64,000 nt of DNA. Source: Podarcis melisellensis (taxonomy: Eukaryota). Positions 25,101 through 35,251 of this stretch are shown here, one piece after another. The stretch lies in the NCBI GenBank assembly GCA_964234715.1, contig OZ174282.1; one strand, given 5' to 3'. Numbering within the stretch: the first letter of the stretch is position 1; each line of letters starts with the position of its first letter. The position numbers and the translations under genes are program-made. The notes under the pieces were generated by a model. The model saw nothing but the letters and a program-made list of their open reading frames with translations, searched no databases and was not told where the DNA came from.

Positions 25101-26250
25101 GGGGTTGGAAACTGGCTGGCAATGGTTCAAATATTAAGGGTCCAGGAATCAGATTACAAACTATTATAGAATGGCACACAAAGCTTGCATTCTTCCTTGT
25201 ACAGTTCGAGAATACCTCTGTTTGAATATACCCACGAGCTGTGTACTCCAGGCATTTGCAGGCTGTGGTCTTGCATGGGATCAGCTTTTTGCCGTGTTTG
25301 GCATCCTGAGAACCTTTGTCTTAAGGAGGCATAGTTCTGGCCTGCGTGAGGCTCTTATATGGAAAAGGGCCAGCAACTGAAGAGACCAAGGCTGGGGCTT
25401 GAGCTGCTGTTCTCAGGCTTCCTTTCACTACCGTCCATCTACACTCTCTCTCTCTCTCTCTGTTGTCAGTATTGAAACATGCTGATATAAAACTTATGTT
25501 CATATATAAAACATAAGATGGAAGCTGTGATGAGAGAAACCGGAAAGGAGGAACCTATGATCTTCCCAGCAAGCGTAGCTGCTGTCCCAGGGAAGGAGAT
25601 GGCATGTTTTCATACTAGCAGTACAGAATGGAGGGAGGTTGTTTGGCATCCTTGCTAATAGGCACACCAGAGGCAAGGCCTAGTAAAACACCGTGGGGCT
25701 CTGTACCATGAGAATGAAGCCATGCTTGTTTGACCTTTGTAAAGCAGAGGTGGAGAGCCTGTGACATTCAAGATGTTGTGGAACTCTTGCTCTTAGTCCT
25801 GGTCAACATAGCCAGTTGTCAGGGATTTTGGGAATTGTAGCCCTACAACATCTGGTAGGTCAGAGGTCCTCCATCCCTGTTTTAAAGGCAATACGCAAAA
25901 AAGATTGTGTTTCACCAAAATCTGCTGAAGTGTGATACTTATTAATACTTATTTCCATTTTATGGAATAAAATAGCTATATAGCTCCAGTGTCTCAAACT
26001 AGAATTCCTAATGTTGATAGTGTTAGCAAAATTCCTAGGTTTTTAGACTGTTTGTATCATGCAAGTTTCTACTCTTTGGCCAAATCTAATTCAGGCTCAT
26101 ATTCTGTGACTATAGAAGTAATTGCTGACTTTCCATTGCGTTAAGGAGACTGAGAGTGAAGCAGAAGATAACCTGGATGACTTGGAAAAGCATCTGCGTG
26201 AGAAGGCTCTGAGGTCAATGAGGAAGGCGCAAGCGTCTCCACCATCTTAG
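588..26250 (+). CDS. SRRM1: Serine/arginine repetitive matrix protein 1 (SRm160), whole spliced CDS: join(588-608,5478-5567,6376-6498,8697-8867,10606-10718,11231-11431,11932-12132,12980-13099,15045-15316,16417-16497,17042-17128,19386-19530,[19871-19912],21937-22041,22804-23262,24323-24518,24864-25046,26146-26250)
   Basis: Exons join in frame with GT-AG boundaries to give 890 aa (904 with the cassette). Starts MDAGFFRGTSAEQDNRFSNKQKKLLKQLKF, contains the PWI domain (KPWITKRVTEILGFEDDVV) and ends EDNLDDLEKHLREKALRSMRKAQASPPS, matching vertebrate SRRM1 as I recall it. Confidence 0.96.
1455..1588. mobile_element. Degenerate palindromic hAT-type MITE
   Basis: ccagatgttg...ctccca / tgggag...aacatttgtagggccac...cccctg; same family as the copy at 63291. 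Left boundary approximate. Confidence 0.7.
1595..1800. mobile_element. Penelope-like retroelement terminal fragments joined as an inverted repeat, containing a hammerhead-ribozyme core
   Basis: Arms 1595-1684 and 1685-1761 are reverse complements apart from two small indels and one mismatch. The motif gaaagcttatacc...ttagttggtctctaaggtgctactgga resembles reptile Penelope termini as I recall them. Confidence 0.75.
1649..1685 (-). ncRNA. Minimal type-I hammerhead ribozyme core (probably inactive as a monomer; stem I truncated)
   Basis: Minus strand reads AU-CUGAAGA-A-GUGUG(CAUG)CACAC-GAAA-GC-UU-AUACC. Confidence 0.6.
2726..2925 (-). mobile_element. CORE/MIR-like tRNA-derived SINE
   Basis: acaaccctgtgag...ctgagagatggtgactggcccaaggtca...catggctgag core with (ATT)n tail; reverse complement of the family at 28061. 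Boundaries approximate. Confidence 0.75.
5478..5567 (+). CDS. SRRM1: SRRM1 exon 2 (GTSAEQDNRFSNKQKKLLKQLKFAECLEKK)
   Basis: Acceptor ttcttacag; donor AAA|GTATGT; 90 nt, phase 0-0. Confidence 0.95.
6376..6498 (+). CDS. SRRM1: SRRM1 exon 3, PWI domain (VDMSKVNLEVIKPWITKRVTEILGFEDDVVIEFIFNQLEVK)
   Basis: Acceptor tgtag; donor AAG|GTAATG; PWI motif. Confidence 0.96.
6801..6928 (+). other. SRRM1: Candidate SRRM1 poison (PTC-containing) cassette exon in intron 3
   Basis: Branch-like TTCTAAT upstream, acceptor AAAG at 6797-6800, in-frame TGA at 6804-6806, consensus donor GAG|GTGAGT at 6929. Confidence 0.55.
7764..7992. other. Assembly gap (229 N) in SRRM1 intron 3
   Basis: Run of N. Confidence 1.
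8697..8867 (+). CDS. SRRM1: SRRM1 exon 4, PWI domain C-terminal half (NPDSKMMQINLTGFL...KQRQ)
   Basis: Acceptor ctctttgcag; donor CAG|GTAAAC; 171 nt. Confidence 0.96.
10606..10718 (+). CDS. SRRM1: SRRM1 exon 5 (IEQEKLASMKKQDEDKDKRDKE...RSRSPR)
   Basis: Acceptor tatttcag; donor AAG|GTATTA; in frame. Confidence 0.93.
11231..11431 (+). CDS. SRRM1: SRRM1 exon 6 (RKSRSPSPRRRSSP...QEATST)
   Basis: Acceptor tttgtcctag; donor TAG|GTATAT; phase 2-2. Confidence 0.92.
11932..12132 (+). CDS. SRRM1: SRRM1 exon 7 (DILKVPKIEPVP...RRRHRSRS)
   Basis: Acceptor tttcaacag; donor CAG|GTTAGA; lies within ORF 11846-12145. Confidence 0.92.
12980..13099 (+). CDS. SRRM1: SRRM1 exon 8 (SYSPRRRPSPRRRPSPRRRTPP...SPVR)
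   Basis: Acceptor ttgatag; donor ACG|GTAAGA; 120 nt. Confidence 0.92.
13455..13868 (-). mobile_element. L2-type LINE 3' fragment
   Basis: (GAT)n/(AAT)n tail followed by tttatttgtaccc...; ends gagagcgttccaccaggccaggg, the antisense of the LxWNxL C-terminal motif. Confidence 0.65.
15045..15316 (+). CDS. SRRM1: SRRM1 exon 9 (RRRSSASLSGSSSSSSSSRSRSPPKK...PSRTS)
   Basis: Acceptor ttttacag; donor CAG|GTACAG. Confidence 0.92.
16417..16497 (+). CDS. SRRM1: SRRM1 exon 10 (PKRKSIEKRESPSPAPKPRKVELSES)
   Basis: Acceptor ttcttttcag; donor CAG|GTGAGT; 81 nt. Confidence 0.92.
16820..16981 (+). mobile_element. Short tRNA-derived SINE (Squam3-like)
   Basis: A-box tagctctgtgg, B-box ggttcagttgc, body ending gatggaccaatggtctgac...cttcctatg; antisense relative at 62571. 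Confidence 0.75.
17042..17128 (+). CDS. SRRM1: SRRM1 exon 11 (EEDKGGKMAAADSVQQRRQYRRQNQQSSS)
   Basis: Acceptor cttttcag; donor CTG|GTACGG; 87 nt. Confidence 0.92.
17342..17806. mobile_element. Non-autonomous hAT transposon (about 460 bp)
   Basis: Termini caggggtggggaacc ... gtcccccagccct; internal cacctgatg..catcag palindromes. Confidence 0.6.
18067..18244. mobile_element. Tc1/pogo-superfamily MITE, TA-flanked, nested in a hAT MITE (host about 18036-18302)
   Basis: TA|CCGCATTTACTC ... GAGTAAATACGG|TA terminal inverted repeats; internal direct repeats aatctaatgYgcacct. Confidence 0.8.
19386..19530 (+). CDS. SRRM1: SRRM1 exon 12 (DSGSSSSSEEERPKK...DSSPR)
   Basis: Acceptor ttctgacag; donor TCG|GTAACT. 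Confidence 0.92.
19871..19912 (+). CDS. SRRM1: SRRM1 42-nt cassette exon (MQMGKRWQLPVVK)
   Basis: Polypyrimidine tract and ctgtcag acceptor; donor AAG|GTCAGT; symmetric phase 2-2 and frame-preserving. Resembles the MQMGKRWQSPVTK insert I recall in mammalian SRRM1 isoforms. Confidence 0.85.
20279..20607. mobile_element. Tigger/pogo-like MITE, family B
   Basis: TA|CAGTGGTGCCTCGCTAGACGAA ... TTCGTCTTGTGGGGCACCACTG|TA; repeated ttcgtcTWgcg internal motifs; CpG-rich. Confidence 0.85.
21937..22041 (+). CDS. SRRM1: SRRM1 exon (RRRRSPSPLPTRRRRSPSPAPPPRRRRSPSLPRR)
   Basis: Acceptor cctttag (tandem TAGTAG); donor AAG|GTAATA. Confidence 0.9.
22198..22423 (+). mobile_element. Tigger/pogo-like MITE, family A, copy 1 (strand is a relative label)
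   Basis: TA|CAGTGGTACCTC ... GAGGTACCACTG|TA; internal ttcaggtta repeats. Confidence 0.9.
22804..23262 (+). CDS. SRRM1: SRRM1 large SP/RS-rich exon (SPSPPPRRHSP...EPKKSK)
   Basis: Acceptor tttctaag; donor GAA|GTGAGT; lies within ORF 22766-23266. Confidence 0.93.
23440..23525. repeat. Short palindromic interspersed repeat (agacccattgaaattaatggac...ttaatttgagtggatct); related fragments near 4350, 4750 and 29050
   Basis: Imperfect internal palindrome recurring in the window. Confidence 0.45.
24323..24518 (+). CDS. SRRM1: SRRM1 exon (VSTPSPHSVQRGSSSRSVSGSPEPP...SPSPVR)
   Basis: Acceptor ttcctaag; donor AGG|GTGTGT, with a competing donor 6 nt upstream. Confidence 0.88.
24864..25046 (+). CDS. 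SRRM1: SRRM1 penultimate exon, Lys/His-rich (NSDQEGGSKKKKKKKDKKHKK...EPQK)
   Basis: Acceptor attacag; donor AAG|GTGAAT; 183 nt. Confidence 0.93.
25745..25879. mobile_element. Palindromic hAT MITE with 8-bp target site duplication
   Basis: cagaggtggag...ctccatccctg flanked by ttgtaaag / ttttaaag (7/8 match). Confidence 0.75.
26146..26250 (+). CDS. SRRM1: SRRM1 last coding exon (ETESEAEDNLDDLEKHLREKALRSMRKAQASPPS*)
   Basis: Acceptor gcgttaag; stop TAG at 26248-26250. Confidence 0.94.
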   Translation, partial: ETESEAEDNLDDLEKHLREKALRSMRKAQASPPS

Positions 26251-27091
26251 GCTGAAGCAGCATTTGATATAATGTACATTTTGTTTGGTTTGTACTCAGA
26301 CTTCAATTTCAAATTGCTAAAATGTGTTTGAGCTTTAGACTTTAACATTGGTTGTAATAATTGCTAGGTTGAAGTTCATGTTTAAAAAAAGGCATGGATC
26401 TTCATTACAAAAAAGCATTCACGGTGTACTAGTGACCTCCTTCAACAGTTGACATGGTTTCACTAGAATTTTCTTATGCAGTAAGGAATTCTCTCCCTCC
26501 CCTTCCCTTCAAGGGTTTTAAAACGAAGCTTACAGATCCCACAGTTCCTCTAAAATGCCGTTGTACAAATGCTTATGGAGTTTCTAATCTGATTTCTTGC
26601 CCTAGGCCTTTTGTGGTCTGTTCAGTTATCAAAGAAATTGCATAGAAACACTTGCAAATTCTCAGATTTCTCTGTTTGCCTGTATTGTCTATGCTTAAAA
26701 CCGGGATTAGTATTTGAGGACGGTATCTACATGGTAACCTGCTGCTCTTGCCAGTGGGGTTTATAATGATGTTTATCTGGAATGCTGGAATTTAATTTGT
26801 TGTTGTTTTTTCTCTTTCCCGCCCCCTCCCTCTTTGTTTTCTTTTTAAATTAGTTTCCATAATCGGCAATCTCAGCAGAGTTTGGCATACAGTTTTGTTC
26901 TGTGAAATGTTGTTGTTGCCCCATTCATAGTTTTTTGTTTTTTTTTGGTCTTGTTGCGGTCCTTTGGAATAGTGTGAAACTTTCAGAGCTGTGATCTCTG
27001 AAAGCCTGAAGGGCCTGAACTTTGGATATTGTCATGTTCTCACTGGGTTTTTTGTTTTTTTAAAAAACTAAAGCTATTATAAAGCTTGTGG

Positions 27092-27106
27092 ATTAAACAA
27101 AATAAA
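27092..27106 (+). terminator. SRRM1: SRRM1 polyadenylation signals (ATTAAA 27092-27097, AATAAA 27101-27106); 3'UTR about 26251-27125
   Basis: Paired hexamers after about 850 nt of U-rich, repeat-free sequence, followed by a GT/T-rich stretch. Confidence 0.75.
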
Positions 27107-27242
27107 TTTCTAAATTTAAAGGATCTTGGTGATTTATGTATGTAATTTCTCCCCACTCAAAATTCAAGTAAACAAATTTGCTTATTTTGCAGAAAAGTGT
27201 GTGGTTCTAATCTTGTTCGCTGAGCCCAAAGGTCCTAAAGTG

Positions 27243-27370
27243 CAGGGATGGGGAACCTGTGGCTCTCCAAATATTGCTGCACTCCCAACTCCAATCAGAC
27301 ACAGCCAGCAGAGCCTGTGGCCAGGAATGATAGGGGAAACCTCTGGAGGGCCCAGCACCATTTTGCCTTC
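27243..27370. mobile_element. Palindromic hAT MITE, degenerate
   Basis: cagggatggggaacctgtggctctcca...tctggagggccc. Confidence 0.7.
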
Positions 27371-28060
27371 GTTCAATGGAGCCTTTTGCAGATGCTGCCT
27401 CTTGTTTAGAGCAATAGAGTTCCCGTGAGTGTGGGTATTGCCCCTCTAACAGAGGGGCGTCTTCAGATGCATACCATTTTCCATGAGCAGAATTTCCTCT
27501 CTATCCAATGGGCAGTTCCTCTTCACAACAGTCAGAGCTATAAACATGCCACTGTTTTAAAATTCACGGGCAGGAAGAGTTCTTGAAGAGAATTCATTCA
27601 GGCTCTTCCCCACCCTCTATTGCCATAGCTCTGCCATTTTCTTTTCATTAAAACTCATCCTTGTTTCTACTCCCATTTATTACACTGCCTGGGTAAAGAG
27701 GCTTCAAATTTGCATTAAACATGGATCTAGGAGAGTGGGGAGCCAGGCGTTCTGGCTTTCTTCTTCTAAGCCATGCCCAAACCTGGAGATCATTGCACAG
27801 AGCCACTTGGCAGTCCTTTCCTCACCACCTCCTGCTCGTCTTCTGGCTGTGCTACACTTCAGTCTCTAGTATACCAGTTCCATTCACAACCGGAAGGGTA
27901 TAGATGAAAAAGTAGAGCCGGCATGTGCGCAGGCTCGTTCCCCTTCTTACATCTATAATGATTAACAACATATTAAAGTTTCATGATTGTAGAGTTTCTG
28001 TGAGTTTCACTTACTATACCAGGCATACTACAACTCACTTTTGTTTTAATGTGGAAAAAG

Positions 28061-28260
28061 ATGGTCTGAGTGCTGGACTCGAACCACCTGGGAGACCAGA
28101 GGTTGAATCCCTACTCATCCATGAAGTACACTGGGTAACCTTGGGTCAGTCACCGCCTCTCAGCCTAACCTACCTCACAGGGTTGTTGTAGGGAATTAAA
28201 TGGGGAGGAGGAAGAGTGTGTATGCCACCTTGAGCTTGGCAGGATATAAATGTAATAAAA
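28061..28260 (+). mobile_element. CORE/MIR-like tRNA-derived SINE
   Basis: B-box ggttgaatccc, core ccttgggtcagtcac...cctacctcacagggttgttg, tail ggatataaatgtaataaaa. Confidence 0.75.
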
Positions 28261-28739
28261 ACAACCCAAGCAGTAATGAACAGGATAAATAATCTGGAAG
28301 TGTGTGAGGACCATGGGGGTACTTAAATATTGAGTATTCACACATATCCCATCTTCAGAACCCAGGTCCAGGTATGTAGCCACTTGGTTATAAGAGCTTC
28401 ATGTAAACAATGACAGTATATTGAAAAACCGCATACCAGCTGGATCCCAGACACTTAAAAAGTCAATGCTTCCCAAATAAGTCTTTGCTCAGATTTGACA
28501 TGGTACTAATAAATGATAGGCCCAACAGACTGGCTCGTGTTGCAGGGTGTGATGTTTTGTGTTTTTTCTTGCTTTTGTGGTGGGACCTGGCATGTTCCAA
28601 GGACTATTTTGCACCAGCATCTTTAAACTGATGGTGTCTGGCAGGCCATTTGCTGCAAGTTCTTCACTCGTTTGGCTTGCGGTGGCAGCTGAAGACCACC
28701 AGAGGGCAAGATGGATCAAGCAGCAAGTTTGAGGAGATA

Positions 28740-29012
28740 AATTATTATTATTATTTACATATGGAAGGCATTTATTTGAAGCTTAATATTAGCATCTCTA
28801 AACAGTGTACATAAAAAACCATAGAGAATAAAACAATAAAAAGATCAAGTGTAAAACTGAACATGAATCCAAGCTCTTGCCTGAAAATACCTGCTGAAGT
28901 AAAAATTCCTTGTCATATACATGAAGTCCAGCAAGGAGGATGCCTTCCTAATCTTGACTGGAAGGGAGTTCCACAGAATTGGGCTCACAACACTGAATGT
29001 ACAGCTTCTGGT
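28740..29012 (-). mobile_element. L2 LINE 3' fragment
   Basis: Minus-strand translation FSVVSPILWNSLPVKIRKASSLLDF matches the L2 ORF2 C-terminal motif; (ATT)n tail near 28740. Confidence 0.75.
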
Positions 29013-29689
29013 ATATAAAACAGTCTTCCAAATAAGTTCCACTTGGAGTAGACCCATTTAAATTACTGGATTTAAGTTACTATGACTAAAGTGGTGGCCA
29101 CAATCCAGCACTTCTATAATGTATATTGAATTGCAATCAGAAAACATCAGTTAGCAATGCAATTCCATAAATCAATTGAAAAACAACAGAAGCCATTCAT
29201 AAAGCAGTGATCCATAAAGGAAACGTCAGTAGCCACAACAAATGAAACACATGAGATCTGTACCTCGACACTAGGGACATTCCACAAAGTGAGTAATACA
29301 ATGGGAAATTCTACTCATCACAGCCTGTCACACCTCAAGAGCTGGAGAATCTGGACCAAGGCCTTGAGTGATGAACAGCATGTGGAGAGGAACACATGCA
29401 GGAGGGCAGGGGCAGGGGCAGGCAGCCTATGTACAGTTGCCCCTGGCCTCGGAAGGCTAAGCTGGCTTGGGAGGCCTGCTAGGGACCGACAGCTTTTTTG
29501 TTTTGAGTTGTATTTTATTCCAACAAGGGACTCGGCTACATTAGTAAAGAAACAATGATTTGAATGCACTATAAACATGCAATACCAGATGGTGCTTTTG
29601 TAAACAACCACAAGGCACCGTACAAAAACGGCAGCCAGCAGCCACAAATAATCCATAAATATTAGTTGGTAAAAACAAAACCCTCATTT

Positions 29690-30012
29690 CAAAGGCCTGT
29701 CTAAGTAAGAGGTTTTTTGGAGATGTCTAAAAGAAGGCCAGGAGGATTCCTGTTGACACTACTGGCAGGGAGTTCCACAGGGTAGGACCTGCCACCTTAA
29801 AGGCGTGATCCCTATTAAAGGCTGGCTGAAACTCGGGGATATAGGGAACCCCAAGAAGTGCTCCATCAGAATACCGCAGTGATCAGGGTGGAACATAAGG
29901 AATCAGATGGTCCTTAAGGTATTTTGGGGCCCAGGTGTTTTGGTTCCTTTGTGAATTAACCTTAGAATATTGAACCTGTTCCGGAAGCAACTTGACAACC
30001 AGTGCAGCTCTC
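29690..30012 (-). mobile_element. L2 LINE fragment
   Basis: Minus strand encodes ELHWL near 29995-30009 and LWNSLP near 29763-29780. Confidence 0.7.
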
Positions 30013-30681
30013 AGCATATCTTAATGGATATCGTTGGCTATTAGTGTCATAAGAAAAGCTGCTCTCTGAGCTATATGGGCCTTTAGTCACTTGCATACCA
30101 CCATGAACTTTCAGGCACAAATCAAAAGATTTGATTCTATGTTTTCTTGCTCATTTTTGTAGCTGAAAAGCTCTGTTTCTCTCCTGACTATTAGGGCATT
30201 GTAGATTGAAAAGAAAACCTTCCTCCGTAAAGCTACTTGAACACTCAAAACCTAGTTATATGGAGGATGCCTGGGGATTGCTTTTAAGTGCTGCTGGTGT
30301 GAGTCAAACTTATTTTCTTTCTGCTTTTATTTAATCAGAACCCACCGACTGTGCAATGGTCTAGCCCTACTGAAGGTTGGCTGGAGTTCCAACTTAAACT
30401 AGGGCTACGTTAAGTACAACTAAATATAGAGCTCATGAATGGATCAAGGTTGGAAAGAATTGCTGTTATTCAGATGTTTTGGTTTCTTTTTAAGAATTTA
30501 AAAAGGTTTTTCACTGTAGGACCTGAATTCTTCTCAGGAGGGAGCCAGCTGCCCAGCAGAAATAACGGCATACATACAAGTACATAATGCATTATTTGAG
30601 ATTAAAGGCCCACACCTGAAAGTTGGTGGTTATTGTGTGTCCATCTATGCTAGTGTAACACGCCAGCACATTGTTCTAAAC

Positions 30682-30763
30682 CAGGAATGGGGAACCTAAA
30701 GCCGTCCAGATGTTGTTGGAGTCCAATTCCCATCAGCCGCAGCCAGCGTGGCCAATGGTCAGG
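30682..30763. mobile_element. Half copy of the palindromic hAT MITE
   Basis: caggaatggggaacc...ccagatgttgttgga...gccaatggtcagg. Confidence 0.65.
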
Positions 30764-31635
30764 TATTTCTTATTAGAGGTTACCACCCACACACTTCTGC
30801 TGCGCTTTCTGCTTTTGTGGTGGCACCTCAGTAAAACCTCATCTTACTGTTTATAGCAGAGTATTTCCCTGGTGGCAGATGACAGGAACAGTAGTCACAG
30901 ACAAAGTCCTCAGTCAAGAGCTTCCTTTTTGCTTGACTGGTTGCACAAGCATTTCTCTTCTAAAATATATACATATATCTCTCCAGCACGGTATAAACTC
31001 AGCATGTATGTGTGCTTTCCTTGTGCTGAAATTGCATCTCCAACTGACACCAATTAAGCCTGGAGTGCCACTCCCACATAATGAAACTTCTGGAACGCTT
31101 TTTAAAGTTTAAAGGAATTATTACTCTGTTCCGTGAAGAATGTATTCCTAACATTTCTTTGATTCCATTCATGACTGCTTCCCATAAAATGTCTCAGTGT
31201 CAACAGAAACCATTTTGGAGCAGACCTCCTGATGAGATGGTATCTGCAGGAAGCCCTCTTGATGGGTGAGGGGATCTTTTAGGTATTCTGCTCATAAGCT
31301 TTGTGACCAGAACTGACAGCTAGCTAGGAGTTGCAGTCCAGCAACATCTCCAGAGGCATGAGTAGTTAAATGGCAAAAGGCACTGGGTGAAAGAAGCCAA
31401 ACACTTATAAAGTGTGATCTAATAAATCAGAGGCAAACTTTTTTTTCAGAGAACGTGCATTCCGGTTTCCTTTGCCAACAAGCTGAAGTAGCTACCAACA
31501 ACGCTTAAGTAAATTTAAGCAATTCTAAAACAATAAGAGCAGGGCAGAGGGGACCCATCAAAAACAACAACCCAATAGTGAAAAGTAATGAAGTAAAACT
31601 AGTGAGAAGATAGCAAAAAACTACAAAAGCAAATA

Positions 31636-31877
31636 CAGTGGTACCTCGGGTTAAGAACTTAATTCATTCCAGAGGTCCGTTCTTAACCTGAAACTGTTCT
31701 TAACCTGAAGCACCACTTTAGCTAATGGGGCCTCCTGCTGCCGCCTCGCCGCCGGGGCACGATTTCTGTTCTCATCCTGAAGCAAAGTTGTTAACCCGAG
31801 GTACTATTTCTGGGTTAGCGGAGTCTGTAACCTGAAGCGTATGTAACCTGAAGCACCTGTAACCCGAGGTACCACTG
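31636..31877 (-). mobile_element. Tigger/pogo-like MITE, family A, copy 2 (opposite orientation to copy 1)
   Basis: TA|CAGTGGTACCTCGGGTTA ... TAACCCGAGGTACCACTG|TA; perfect 18-bp TIR. Confidence 0.92.
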
Positions 31878-31986
31878 TAGTAACAAACAATAGGCCAACA
31901 GCAACATGCAAATTTGTTACCAGGTGCTGAAAAATAAGAAATGAGGAGGCCAAATGGGTTTTTCTTGGAAGGGGCATTTCAAAGGC

Positions 31987-32031
31987 AAGAAGAAGAAGAA
32001 GAAGAAGAAGAAGAAGAAGAAGAAGAAGAAG

Positions 32032-32061
<30 letters not shown>
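31987..32061 (+). repeat. (AAG)25 microsatellite
   Basis: Perfect 75-nt trinucleotide run. Confidence 0.97.
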
Positions 32062-32062
<1 letters not shown>

Positions 32063-35028
32063 CGTCACACCTGAAAAGGCCCTTTTATATTTGGGGTGAC
32101 ATAACTTCAGCCTGCCTCCTGGCTTCCTAGGAAGCCTCTTGCCAAAGAAACATGTCTAGGTATTTCCTATCCCTCTCAGCACCAACATCTACATCACTCC
32201 ACCTCCAAAGTTGAGCCGCCCACCCCTCTGCCCCCAATGTTCCTGCACATTATTAATTGAGGTATGTGAAGATTGCTACATGCCAGATCAACCTGTGGGT
32301 GGGGCTCTTTCAGGCTGCCTGATTAGAGCATTTGAATTCCCCATCCTTTGGGAGAGCGTCACCCACCTCCATATAAATGCCTGGGATTGGTTGTGGGGGA
32401 GCCCAGGTCATGGTTGGTTGCCTTTGGTTGATTGCAGTGAGATTTGTTTGCATGTATGAGGGGGGTGGGTTGTTGGGTCATGTTGGCCATATTTGTATGC
32501 TTTCGGTGGGTTCTTGTTGTCATCTTGTTGGACTCTCTCTCTCCACCTCTCTTCTCCCCCCACCATATACTGTATACAACATTAATGTCTCACATTGAAT
32601 GCAACTGATCTGTAGAAAAGACTCTATGACCTGAAAACAGAAACAATGCACATACTTTTGTAACCCAATAAAATCTCATCAATCTTGTTCCTGGATCCAG
32701 CCTGGTAATAATGACCCACTAAAGATGACACTGAGAAAACAAGGGAAAGGGAGCTTTGAGTCAGAAAACAAATGGGCCCTCCCTTCAACTCTTAGTTAGA
32801 AACACAAAGCCTGCATTTTAGAGCAGAGTTTGTTGTGATGTGAACTAGAAGCAAAGCAGGAAGATGGAAAGCAGAGTGGGGGAACAATGATTGATTACTG
32901 TTTGAATCTAAGGCTGCAGCTATGGGAGAAACAAGATTATTTTGGGGTGTTAATGCTGTGAACCCCTCCACTGTGGGGTCAGGTTGTATAAATGTGTAAA
33001 GAAACCATATATCGTAAAGACACCACAGTCTCTGCTGTGCTTCACTCCCAAAATGAAACACAAACCCTGGGTAAGCACCTGAAACCCCAGGATTCTTACA
33101 CCGCTCAGAGATTGGGGTGGAGAGTTGTTTTGACATTTTTGTTTCGACCAGCTTCCATATTTGAGTGAACAGGTCTTTGCCAAAGGCGTCTACTTTGTAT
33201 TGTTTAAGAATCTAGCTGCTGTCACTTTTAAAGTTGTTTTTTAAATGTTCCTTAGCTGAATTTATTTTGCACATCACCTTAAGACATGTGGAAGGCCCCG
33301 GTGGGCACAAATGCCACATTGGTGACCCCCAGATATAAAGCAATAAAATAACAAGAGGACCTTTGAGAAGTGTCAGTGCCCTCTGCAGAAGAAGCAGAAA
33401 CCAATTAACAGAAACTAATTGGAGATGCTCTCTTCCTGAGCAAGTTTCAGAAGCATTGTTAAAACCGGCTTTTGGAGGTTGAGAAATGAGGAAATGCAAC
33501 TGGGGTGGAGGTTTTTTCACAGCACTTTGCCCCACTATAATTTGGCTGACAGGGGCCAACCCTACAATTAACTGCAGTGAGGCCACCTGCCACCCCAGGA
33601 AGCAGCAGTGGAAGTCCCCAGCCACTCCTTCTGAGCCCTTCTGTTAGAAGACAGAGTGTGCCACATGGCCTGTTTTCCACCTCCCAAGATAGTCTGCTTT
33701 CCTCAGGTGCGGTCGGAGCAGGAGGCTGTCCCATTGTTGATGTGGGAGTAAGATTCAGCTGCCAGTCCAACTGGCTTCTGTATGCAGAATGCAGGACAGA
33801 GTGGGTGGGATGCCTTAGGCTGCCAAACCTCTTGGCCCAACCTGGTGAGAAGTTGAATTTGTGGTTCTGCAGCAGGGGTGGGGGGCCCAGTCCTAGGCAC
33901 GCACTGTGGCTCTCAAATACCCTCCGTTTGGCCCTCAGAACTCTTCCCAGGCCCCACGCATCACCAGTCCTGCTTCACACCCCTCTTTGAGTGTTTTTGT
34001 TTGGCTGCAGTATGTCCTTGAACTCTGATAATGCCTTCTGCTTGCTTGGAGGGCAGAGAAAGGTGAGTGAATGTGAGTAGAAACCACCCAACCATACGAA
34101 GGCAAGATTTACACGCATTACTCCACCTGCTTTAGTATGTGGCCCCCGAACGGTTGCCCAGAAGAGAATGCGGCCCTTGAGCTGAAACTGGGCTAGAAAT
34201 GCAAGCCCTATGAATAAATGCCATTTTTTCCACTTGGTCTGATGATCACTCTGAACTTCTGGTGCACTGTGCCCTCCTTTCCTCTAGAGGAGTGTAAGCA
34301 TATGGCTGCTTGGGGTAAGGTCTGCTGCCCTCTCTGCTGCCCCTGGATAAAAACAGGAGAGTCGTACTGTATCAGGCTGAAGGTCCAACTACTCCAGGGC
34401 TGTACAGGGCCCTGCAGGGTTACATGATGAATTTCAAAGCCCTCTGCAAGCAGCCTTTATTAGTTACCGTAGTTAGCCAAGGGTCAGGAAGCCCCAAATT
34501 CCATTTGACCCTCTGACTGCTCATTAAACTATGTTAAGAATAGAACCCTACAAAATCCAGATCCTATGTATCTGAGCCACTGCGATATTATAATATCCCA
34601 ATGCTTTGGGGTAGTGCCTGCAAACAACCAACCAAGATCTTGCTAGAAATATTTGGTGGCAGTTAAGCCTGATTAAATTAACAACCATGCTAAAAGAATA
34701 GTGACAACTATCAAAGGCAATTAGATAAATGGAGTCTGTTAACAATTCATGTGAAAAGAGAATTAGGAATATCAAGTGTTGGTGTGGATTATTTATTTTT
34801 ATAAGCCCCAACAGTGTAAAACAAGTGAGAGAACATATGTTTGAGTGTATGTTTAAAATACTGTAATATAGCTGTATTATGAAATGGTTTGGGCATTTGA
34901 ATTTTTATACATATTAAAGTAAATATGGAAAAAACAACCCCTTCTAAACATTGCAAATGAAAATAAAATACAATAAAGATCTGTTAAAAGCAGCATAATT
35001 TCCAGAAAAAAAACAAGTTTTTATTTTA

Positions 35029-35251
35029 TTATGTGTTTTTTTTTTAGATTTTATTGGTTTACAAAAGTATGTGCAATGTCTCTCTCTCTATCTCTCTCTC
35101 TCTCTCTCCCCCCAGTAACATTTTTTACAGATCAGTTTCATTTGTTGAGACATTAGGAAGAAAAGGGGGAAAGAGGTGGAGGGGGGGAAAGGTGAGTTGG
35201 GGGTGGGGTCGGGTGGTGATTTTTCTATTATACTTAATATATATGGGGCTC
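35029..35251 (-). mobile_element. 5'-truncated retroposed insertion (L1-type) with 15-bp TSD
   Basis: CAAGTTTTTATTTTA at 35014-35028 and 35252-35266; minus strand has AATAAA followed by an A-run at the 3' end. Confidence 0.7.

Noticed and set aside
30300-30306. Isolated AP-1 sites TGAGTCA (also 47273-47279)
   Set aside because: 7-mers occur by chance at this frequency; no independent evidence of an enhancer.
33212-33990. Overlapping ORFs of 103-137 aa in the intergenic region
   Set aside because: No domain similarity, mostly non-ATG starts, and overlap with repeat-like fragments.
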